Source of the DNA: Eledone cirrhosa
Lineage: Eukaryota
Length of the DNA: 64,000 nt
Assembly: GCA_964016885.1 (NCBI GenBank)
Contig: OZ024741.1
Coordinates: 395,932,001 to 395,996,000, forward strand
Direction: 5' to 3'
Shown one piece after another: positions 52,487 to 62,074 of this stretch (position 1 is its first letter; each line of letters opens with the position of its first letter). A program made the position numbers and the translations under genes. The notes beneath the pieces are model-generated. The model ran no database searches. It was not told the origin of the DNA and saw only the letters and a program-made list of their open reading frames with translations.

Positions 52487-52504
52487 TAAAACTATTAATT
52501 TCAG

Positions 52505-52613
52505 ATGAATGGTCCCGACCAATTTTCAACTTAACGTCAGACTACAGTATGTTGTCTAAAGAAGACAGAGAAGAAAGAGATTACCAACAGCTGCCTAAGA
52601 AACGAAGAGTCAG
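52505..52613 (+). CDS. IWS1: IWS1 homolog, exon 13 (NEWSRPIFNLTSDY...KKRRV)
   Basis: EWSRPIF motif; tttcag / gtatgt sites; phases 1/2. Confidence 0.95.
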
Positions 52614-52762
52614 GTATGTCTTCTATTTTAACACCTTGTTTTATGAGAACATAGAGATAGAGCTTATGTAGAGTTCATGTGAGATATGCTGCTGTGATTG
52701 GGGAAAGCTGGTAAAATACAGCTTAGAAGTCAATTAATCAAACAACTTCCACTAACTGATAC

Positions 52763-54015
52763 AGCCAGTTGTGATGTCACTGTAGATATTTGGCTGGGTT
52801 TGGGGCAGCCAGTTGTTGTGATGTCACTGTAGATATTTGACTGGGTCTGGGGCAGCTGGTTGTGATGTCACTGTAGATATTTGACTGGGTCTGGGGCAGC
52901 CAGTTGTGATGTCACTGTAGATATTTGACTGGGTCTGAGGCAGCCAGTTGTGATGTCACTGTAGATATTTGACTGTGTCTAGGGCAGCTGATTGTTGTGA
53001 TGTCACTGTAGATATTTGACTGGGTCTGGGGCAGCCAGTTGTGATGTCACTGTAGATATTTGACTGGGTCTGGGGCAGCTGATTGTTGTGATGTCACTGT
53101 AGATATTTGACTGGGTCTGGGGCAGCCAGTTGTGATGTCACTGTAGATATTTGACTGGGTCTGGGGAAGCCAGTTGTTGTGATGTCACTGTAGATATTTG
53201 ACTGGGTCTAGGGCAGCTGGTTGTGATGTCACTGTAGATATTTGACTGGGTCTGGGGCAGCTGATTGTTGTGATGTCACTGTAGATATTTGACTGGGTCT
53301 GGGGCAGCTGATTGTTGTGATGTCACTGTAGATATTTGACTGGGTCTGGGGCAGCCAGTTGTGATGTCACTGTAGATATTTGACTGGGTCTGGGGCAGCC
53401 AGTTGTGATGTCACTGTAGATATTTGACTGGGTCTGGGGCAGCCAGTTGTGATGTCACTGTAGATATTTGACTGGGTCTGGGGTAGCTGACTGTTGTTGT
53501 GATGTCACTGTAGATATTTGACTGGGTCTAGGGTAGCTGACTGTTGTGATGTCACTGTAGATATTTGACTGGGTCTGGGGCAGCCAGTTGTTGTGATGTC
53601 ACTGTAGATATTTGACTGGGTCTGGGGCAGCCAGTTGTGATGTCACTGTAGATATTTGACTGGGTCTGGGTAGCCAGTTGTGATGTCACTGTAGATATTT
53701 CACTGGGTCAGCCAGTTGTTGTGATGTCACTGTAGATATTTGACTGCGTCTGGGGAAGCCAGTTGTTGTGATGTCATTGTAGATATTTGACTGGGTCTAG
53801 GGCAACTGATTGCTGTGATGTCACTGTAGATTTTTGACTAGGTCTAGGGCAGCTGGTTGTTGTGATGTCACTGTAGATATTTGACTGGGTCTAGGGCAGC
53901 TGGTTGTTGTGATGTCACTGTAGATATTTGACTGGGTCTAGGGCAGCTGGTTGTGATGTCACCCGTAGATATTTGACTGGGTCTGGGGCAGCTTCTTGTC
54001 ATGTCACTGTGATAT
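52763..54015. repeat. 44/47-bp tandem array, about 27 copies
   Basis: Unit gttgtgatgtcactgtagatatttgactgggtctggggcagcca, with or without an extra gtt. Confidence 0.95.
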
Positions 54016-54625
54016 TTGTGTTGTACTTTACATAGTTTTGGTAAGGTTTTACTGGCTGAATGCCTTTCCTATCACCATCTCTATTTCACAACTTGGCTGG
54101 GCGCATTATTTGTGCCACCAGCACTAGAGAAGTTGTCTTACCAACTGAAGGGTCCTCTCTACCTCGTATGAGCTTTTATTCAGAGTGGCTGCCCATTTAT
54201 TCCTGAGAGGGTCGTGGAAGCAGAGTGCTCAAACACTCCTTCCAGCAGGTCTTGTCAGAAACAAATGTCTCTAATTGATCCGGCTGGACCCCCCAAGCAA
54301 GACCAGCCAAGCATATGGATGTTATCCAACCATCTTGCTCATGGTCTACCCTTGGGTCTTCTGCTGGTTGTTTTTGTCTGTAAATTCTGTCCAGTGATTC
54401 TTTCCTGAGACATTCTAACCACATGCCTGTAATATTGGAGCTGTGATCTCCTCAACTCAGAGAAGTAGTGGTTCTACTTAGAGTGACTCTCTGAGCTATG
54501 CACTCTATCAAGTAATGTTACTCAAAAGACCTTTAAGACCCTATGGCTTAATTTATTTTCTCTAGTTTTCTTCTGTTTAGTCTCACTCTAATATTACTTC
54601 TGCTCCACAAATATTGTCATTGCAG

Positions 54626-54685
54626 TGATCAAGGAGGAGAAACGCCACGGAGAGACATAGACAAAGCATTAAACAGTGAAGAAAA
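54626..54685 (+). CDS. IWS1: IWS1 homolog, exon 14 (DQGGETPRRDIDKALNSEEK)
   Basis: Matches GGQTPRRDLEK..GEEK; ttgcag / gtaagt sites. Confidence 0.93.
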
Positions 54686-54809
54686 GTAAGTGATGCTTTT
54701 GTTTTGTTATTGTTGTTTATATATATGTGTGTGAGTTAGGTAATTCCAAAGGAAAAGCAAAGGAAAAAGGAGTGCTCTATGTATAGAACAGAGCTATTTA
54801 ATTATAAAT

Positions 54810-55323
54810 TGAACAACACAAAATATAACTACTCCATTACCAAAGGTTTCTGGATCCCAGACGATAATAATATATGTCTGGATCAGTACTCAGACAGAGA
54901 TGTTATAGATAAAGATATGAAATGAGATTTTCGATTTTTAACAGATTTTAAATCTCATTTCATAGCTTTTATCTCTGTCTGACGACCGATCCAGACGTAT
55001 ATTATTAAATATATATATTAAATTTTAATTAAATATATATATATATATATTTAATTAAAAAGTGAACAACACAAAATATAACTACTCCATTACCAAAGGT
55101 TTCTGGATCCCAGACGATAATAATATACGTCTGGATCGGTCGTCAGACAGAGATAAAAGCTATGAAATAAGATTTAAAATCTGTTAAAAATCGAAAATTT
55201 AAAATCTCATTTCATATCTTTATCTATAACATCTCTGTCTGAGTACTGATCCAGACATATATTATTATCGTCTGGGATCCAGAAACCTTTGGTAATGGAG
55301 TAGTTATATTTTGTGTTGTTCAC
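54810..55323. mobile_element. nested palindromic (fold-back) element with four hammerhead-bearing arms
   Basis: Outer arms of about 120 bp are near-perfect inverted repeats; each half is itself an imperfect hairpin; (TA)n lies in the middle and at the right flank. Confidence 0.85.
55085..55152 (-). ncRNA. type-I hammerhead ribozyme motif with complete core
   Basis: ctctgt-CTGACGA-cc-gatccagacg[tatattattat]cgtctgggatc-ca-GAAA-CC-ttt-GG-TA^-atggag. Helix I is 6 bp (2 GU), helix II 10 bp with a bulge, helix III 3 bp; GUA cleavage triplet. Confidence 0.75.
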
Positions 55324-55345
55324 TTTCTAATTATATATATATATA

Positions 55346-55683
55346 TGGAGGCACATGGCTTGGTGGTTAGAGCATTGGCCTTGCAATCAAAAGGTTGTGA
55401 GTTCAATTCTCAGACCGGGTGATGTGTTGTTTCCTTGAGCAAGACACTTTGTTTCACATTGCTCCAGTTTATTCAGCTGTAGAAATGAGATGATAGGACT
55501 GGGGTCCATATCACTCCACTGCAAAGTGGTCGTGGAGGTGTCACGGCAAAAAAGCACCCAGCACTCACTGTAAATGAGGTTGGTGTTAGGAAGGGCATCC
55601 AGCTGTAGGAATCAAGCCAGAATCAGTTCCCGTCCCACCCTTGCAAGCAGGGAAAAGCGGACGTAAAATGATGATGATGATGA
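55346..55683 (+). mobile_element. tRNA-derived SINE family 1
   Basis: Full-length copy inserted in (TA)n. Confidence 0.9.
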
Positions 55684-56222
55684 TAACTGGTTTGTGTATT
55701 ATTTCTTTTAATGAATTTGTTTTATTTACAGTAGCTTTTTTTTCTATTAAGTGTTGGCAATGAATGTGGAAGAAAGTAGAGGAAGGGGAAGACCAAGGAA
55801 GACATGGATAAAAGTTGAAGATGGAACTTCAAACAAGGGAGTTGTTGCAGGGGATATGTAGAAGATAGTGAAATGAGGGAAAGCTGTGACCTGCAAGGCT
55901 GACCCCTGCTTTAGCAGGGAAAATGACCTTAAAACATTTGTATTGTTGTTGAAATGGTTAAGTGGGTAAGGTAGTCAATCCATGGACCATGATTTCAAAT
56001 TCACTGCAAGTTTTTTACTCTCCCTCTGGATTTTCATCATCATCATCATCACCGTTTAATGTCTATTGTCCATGCTTGCATGGGTTAGACAGGTTATATT
56101 TTGAGACTAGTCAGGTCAGGTGACCATGTCTTACTCATACTGATTATTTTGGGGGATTTGGTTTCTACTGCTGGATGCCCTTCCTAATGACAGCCACATT
56201 ACAGAGTGTACTGGGTGCTTTA

Positions 56223-56940
56223 TCTATCTATACATATATATAAAACTGAAGTTGTGTGTGTGTCCTAATTTTGGAAAGTCTATACAAATCCACATTTCTA
56301 CTACGATTGACTTCAAACTTGCATTTATATATTCCTTGCGGTCTAAAGATATTAACTGCAACTTTTATTTTTCAATTTTCTGTTGTTAAAGGCGTTTTTT
56401 TTCACCAAAACTTTAAGCCCTTTTTGTCAGTTTGACAATTTTGTCTACAATGTTCAAGAGAGACAACTCTTTAGTATTTTGAAATAGTTACCTCTCTTTA
56501 TAGACTATATTATCCCTACTTAAACATACATCCCTTGAAATTGTTGACGTTGACCCCAATAGTAACTCCGAAGCGTTCGGCATCCGATATAACAGTTCGG
56601 TCTATATCAGATTGGGTAGATTTTTGTAACCTTAAAAGTATCCAACTAAATTCCTTCATGCTCTCCACCACTGCAGTCCCACATGCTTACTGCTCTGTAA
56701 CTTTCATTGTACCATAGCACAATGAATACATGTTCGGTTTGTCGAATACCTTTTTACTTAACCCTATCATCTTGTCTTTCGTGGGTTGAACATTTTACTC
56801 TCAGGCACCCAATTAAGTTAAAGCACAAAATGTAGACACCATCTCCAGACCGAGATATTCCGTACTTCTCTGTACTGTTTCAGAAAGGAGGGATAAACAT
56901 GATGTTTAGAAGCCCGAGCAACGCCGGGCCATTCTGCTAG
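56223..56940 (+). mobile_element. non-autonomous Helitron-like element
   Basis: a|TC start, cccgagcaacgccggg hairpin, CTAG|t end. Confidence 0.75.
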
Positions 56941-57199
56941 TATTGTGTAAAATTTAATTCTATATGTATCAGTTCAATTAGCTGTAAGGATAAAGTGTTA
57001 TGGAATTTTATTTCTCTACGGGGATTATGAGTCCCTAATATATCTGGGAGACATATATTAGGGTCCATGTTATGATATTTGTGAAAATGTTAGGGAGTTT
57101 TATTTCTGTGGAGGAAGTCAGCTTATCTAAACAATGTTTTGTTTAGTTGCCTTGGCTTATAAGTGTGGTGTATATAAATAAATGTTGATGTTCTCTTTC

Positions 57200-57522
57200 A
57201 CTACCTCCATCTCTCTCACTCTCTCACTATTATATGGTTGATGTTCTCTCTCTCTCACTCTCCCCCTCTCATATGGTTAATGTTCTCTCTCTCTCTCTCT
57301 CACTGTTATATGGTTGATGTTTTCTCTTCTCTGTCTCTCTCACTGTTATATGGTTGATATTCTCTCTCTTGTCTCTCTCGCTACCTCCTCCTCTCTCTCT
57401 TGTCTCTCTCGCTACCTCCTCCTCATCCTCTTGTCTCTCTCGTTACCTCCTCCTCTCTCACTATTATGTGGTTGATGTTCTCTCTCTCTCACTACCTCTG
57501 TCTCTCCCACTCTCACTATTAT
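57200..57522. repeat. degenerate CT-rich tandem repeat
   Basis: ctctctcact(a/g)ttatatggttgatgtt recurs about 5 times. Confidence 0.75.
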
Positions 57523-57524
57523 AA

Positions 57525-57647
57525 GCAAATGAGGGCCGACACACTGGCCACTCCAGCAGACAAGACTAGAGAAAGCATTTCCCCGGAGGATGGTAAGGGA
57601 GATGCGCTGGAAGAGCCATTCCATCTCAGGAGGCTCACCAGTGCTTG
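57525..57647 (-). mobile_element. 3' coding-end fragment of a CRE-like retrotransposon
   Basis: STGEPPEMEWLFQRISLTILRGNA matches the QR(I/L)S..(I/L).RGNA C-terminal motif of CRE-clade proteins. Confidence 0.65.
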
Positions 57648-58111
57648 ATATATAATTTAATAAAAGGTTGTCACAGAAAATGATGGAATGTTTTTAATTC
57701 AAATATGAACTTTTTTTTTTTTTTTCAAACAAATACATTAGTATCATGAAACCAGGGGCTGTTTCAGATGGGTTTGTATGAAAAGGATTAAACCCGAAGT
57801 GGGGAGTTTACAGTTTGGTGCCCATATTAGAAAGATATGAAGAACACAGCAGAGAGATACTGCACAGACAGGGGTGTAGAGTCTGTCACTCCCCCCTCTT
57901 TCTTTTTGTTTTATTCCTTTTTTTTTATATAAATTTTTCTGTAAAAAAGATAATTCATTCTAAGTTCCAGCATGGCCTCAGCCTGTTGACTGGAACACTT
58001 ACTAAGAGTAATATATTGTCAGAAATCTACCAACTATAAACAAGATCTTTCTAATGTGGTCCAGTGTCTTTCAGTTTTCTCTTATATTACATCCTGTTGG
58101 TTCATTTTCAG

Positions 58112-58220
58112 AGCACTTCGTCCCGGTGAGAAGGGCTGGGTTTATAGAGCTCGAGTACCTATGCCTTCTAATAAAGATTATGTGGTACGACCAAAATGGA
58201 ATGTTGATGAAAACCCACGG
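58112..58220 (+). CDS. IWS1: IWS1 homolog, exon 15 ([31 protein letters not shown])
   Basis: Near-invariant [20 protein letters not shown] motif; canonical splice sites. Confidence 0.96.
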
Positions 58221-58268
58221 GTATGTCATATTTCTTTCTTTGCTACTTCCACTTTCTACCTGTATTCC

Positions 58269-58611
58269 TCATCATCATCATCATTTCATTTTACGTCCGC
58301 TTTTCCCTGCTTGCAAGGGTGGGACGGGAACTGATTCTGGCTTGAATTCTACAGCTGGATGCCCTTCTTAACACCAACCTCATTTACAGTGAGTGCTGGG
58401 TGCTTTTTTGCCGTGGCACCTCCACAACCACTTTGCAGTGAAATGATAGGGACTGGGGTCCCGATCATCTCATTTCTACAGCTGAGTAAACTGGAGCAAT
58501 GTGAAATAAAGTGTCTTGCTCAAGGAAACAACACATCACCCAGTATGAGAATTGAACTCACAACCTTTCGATTGCAAGGCCAATGCTCTAACCACTAAGC
58601 CATGTGCCTCC
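58269..58611 (-). mobile_element. tRNA-derived SINE family 1
   Basis: Full-length reverse copy starting about 48 nt after the exon 15 donor. Confidence 0.9.
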
Positions 58612-59559
58612 TCTCTCTATATCTACTGTGTTGTTGTTGCTCTCACCTATGTAGGCTTGGCTGACCTACAAGGTTGCGTCTCAGGAGATTTCTCGTGTTT
58701 TAATGATAGGGTCCCCAATTCTATGATATACTTACCTAGCAACTGCACTGGGCTCACCTATAAGCTAGGGCCATGGTGAAATATATTGGGTAAAATATTA
58801 CCTTATTTTGTTTTATGTCATCTTTTGCCCTTTCTACTTCATTGTACTAGCTTTTTGAAACTTATCAGTAATTTTATAAAGCAACCCAAAGTTGACAGCT
58901 TTGAATCAGTGAGATGACAGTAAAGGATGATATAGTGTGAGATGCTGTAGTTCTTTATCTGCTCACCTTAGTCGACTTTAGAAAAAACAAACTATAAAAC
59001 AATCATTATAGTTACTATTGTTGTCACTTTCTTACTATTCATGCTTATGGAACTAAATCTAATCCTTATGCCACCACTATAAATTAAACTTGAGGGTCAG
59101 TCCACCTCGTGGTCCCAGCAGACAGGATTAAGACAGTGTCCTTGCGAGGGAAACACACTGGAACAGCCAACTCTACTCTGTTAACAGTGAGCAGGAATGT
59201 GGTCTGGGGTGGGGCCAAGAACACTGAAAGTCTCTACTGCCATGGGCTCAACTACAAACCTATCAGAGAGCTGCTGATACTTTGACAGTTTGGCCTGGTG
59301 GGCAACAAAACCTGAGCTGATAGCTGAATGATAGAGGTCTTACAATATGTAGCATCCCTGGTGAGGGGCCTACCCTGTACAATGGGAAGATTTTTATGTC
59401 GTCTGACTTTTTTCTGATGTAAATGAGAACCTGTGTGTTTTGAGAAAGCCTGATTTTCAAAGACTTTTTGCTTCTGGAAAATGTTGACTAATTTTTAACT
59501 TGAAATTCAATTTTGGTTTTTATATATATAATTTTTTTTTTTTTTCTTGTCGGATGCAG

Positions 59560-59685
59560 AAATCCTCAAAGAAAGCTCTCACTAGATACGAAGTACAGAT
59601 GCGCCAGTTCCAGGAAAAGAAACGGAGAAATAAAACCCAACGTGCTGTCACAATCAGTATTGAGGGTCGTAACATGTCTTTATGA
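59560..59685 (+). CDS. IWS1: IWS1 homolog, last coding exon 16 (KSSKKALTRYE...AVTISIEGRNMSL*)
   Basis: Poly-T tract, then gatgcag acceptor in phase 0. C-terminus matches AVKISIEGNKMPL; TGA ends at 59685. Confidence 0.92.
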   Translation, partial: KSSKKALTRYEVQMRQFQEKKRRNKTQRAVTISIEGRNMSL

Positions 59686-60030
59686 TCCACATTCTATTCC
59701 ATTCTCCCTTTACACACACACACACACACACTTGTCTGCACACATGTACACACACAAAATAACAAACAATCAATTATTGAACTCAACTGAAAATAAGTGA
59801 TTTTCTCTTTATCTTCAGTGAGAGATTATTACTATTATTATTTTTATTATTATTTGGTTGTTGTTTTTTGTTTTTTTTTTTATTCAGTGCAGTATGGTAA
59901 ACTGAACATGGTATTCATATTCAGTAGCTATATGGAAAGTAACTTCTCCACCTCTGCTGTTCTGCTCCCCTCAATAATGGTCTCAGCAATGGCATGAAAT
60001 CTTCACATTTTCAGACATCACACTTGTTAA

Positions 60031-60036
60031 AATAAA
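60031..60036 (+). terminator. candidate polyadenylation signal AATAAA for IWS1
   Basis: AATAAA about 345 nt after the stop codon. The AT-rich context makes chance hits likely, and another occurs near 61183. Confidence 0.35.
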
Positions 60037-62074
60037 ACCATTCAATCTCAGGCTTTAACCCTTTAACATTTACATTACTCTATATTTACTATTGTATTTT
60101 CATGGTGAAGGCTTTATCTCACATAATATCGAATCTACAAGATTTTAATATTATTTATTTTGAGAACAATACTTTAATGCCGGTATGAGTGGCCAGTTAC
60201 AGCTGGTTTGAACAGAAAGGGGTGAGAGAGTTCTGGTCGGATATGGCCGGTTTAAATGCTAAAGGCTTAATTCCTGTGTATTGGAAGAAATAATGGGCTA
60301 AGTTCACAAATTAAATTTTCGAACTGGTTTTTGATTCTCATTTTCAGCCATTTCACACATCATTAATACTTTATCTGCCAATCCTAAAACAAAAACCCAC
60401 TCATATCTGTATAAGAATCCTTTGTTGCCCCAAGTACTTGGCTTGTCTTGCAGTAATTCTTATCCAACTGCAGCTATAGTACTGTATTCTTAGGCAAAAT
60501 ACTTCACTACAGTTGCCTATGGTTCATGCCTACAGTTCATGCTGTCTAACAGACCATAGTTATTATATCTTGTTAGTTTTATTTATTGTACTGTTATTAT
60601 GGGGAATGGCAGTAATCGCTAGAGCGTTGGATAACATGCTTTATAGCACAGAGTTACAGCCCTTTACATTCTGAGTTAAAATCCCATCAAGGTTAGCTTT
60701 GCCTTTCATCCTTACAGAGTCAATAAAATAAAGTACCAGTAACACACTGGGGTCGATTTAATCGGCTTTTCCCTTTCTCCCAAACATTGTTGGCCTTGTG
60801 CCTAAATCAGAATCCATTATTATTATTATTTAGGCAGTGGAGTTGCAGAAACATTAAACACTATTTAGTGTTTATATCTCATGTTCTCAGTTTAAACCCT
60901 GCTGGGGTGTTGATACAATAAATACCAGTCATAAACTGTGGTTCGTAAATTCAACTCTACCTCTCCACCCAGGGCCTGTACCAGTGTTGGATATTATTTT
61001 ACTTAATTTTTATTATTATTATTATTATTACTATTATTGTCGATTTAATTGACTTTCCCCTCCCCCAAAATTGGCCTTGCGCCGAAATCAAAATCCATTA
61101 TTATTATTATGTCTTTGGAACAGGAACTTTTTTGTTTTTGTTTTTCTTTTTTTTAGAAATTATTTTATGAACTCCTGGTCCAAATAAATGAAGAAAAATG
61201 TCTTTATATAAGAATCTATTTTTCTTTCTTTTTTTTTTTGAAATTCTTGACACTTTGGTTGACATGGTTATAAAGTTCCTTAAAATGATATAGTGTGTAT
61301 ATTCATATGTGTGTAAGACAGGGTCGTTAGAACATCAGATAGAATGCTTTGCAGTATTCTTTTCAGCTCTCAGCATTCAAATCCTGCCACGGTCAACTTT
61401 GCCTTTCATCCATTTGAGATCTATAAAAAAAAGTACCAGTCATTTACTGGGGTCGATTCTTACGCTATATCTCCTTCTCACTTCCATTCCCTCACTCTCT
61501 ATCCTTCTTCTTCTGAAGAAATGTCCTGTATTCAGACCTGGAGAGGAGATGGGCTCCGTCAAGTTTTAAAATGCCCAGGCACCACTATGACTTCAATAGT
61601 TACAGGCCCATATTTGTGTGTATGTATATATCATCATCATCATTGTTTAACGTCCATTTTCCACGCTAGCATGGGTTAGATGGGAGTTGTCCCACTTGAG
61701 GCAAGGTTGGTCGGGTGACCATGTCTCGCTCATATACGGCTGGATGCCCTTCCTAACACCAACCACATTTACAGTGTGGAACTGGGAACTTTTTACCGTG
61801 TTACCTACACGGCCACATTACAGCGAGGACTGTTTTTTCTCGTGACACCTACACGATCTCGATCTCATTATCTCATTTATGTGCAATGGATTGGCAGTAT
61901 CAGTAGAGGGTCGGACGCCATGCTTTGCAGCATAGAGTTACGTCCCTTTGCGATCTGAGTTCAAATCCCGCCGAGGTTGACTTTGCCTTTCATCCTTACG
62001 GGGTCGATAAAATAAAGTACCAGTAATGCACTGGGTAATTGCTGGCCTTGTGCCTAAAGTAGAAACAATTATTT

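Noticed and set aside
59092-59180. HDV-like ribozyme (ccacctcgtgg ... gggaaac ... gccaactctactc)
   Set aside because: The motifs are reminiscent, but I could not find a P1 partner strand and the spacing after P3 is too long; it needs a descriptor search.
59545-59559. Non-canonical or mutated acceptor (ttgtcgg) before the last exon
   Set aside because: The downstream CAG at 59557-59559 gives the required phase 0; an acceptor at the cg position would be out of frame.
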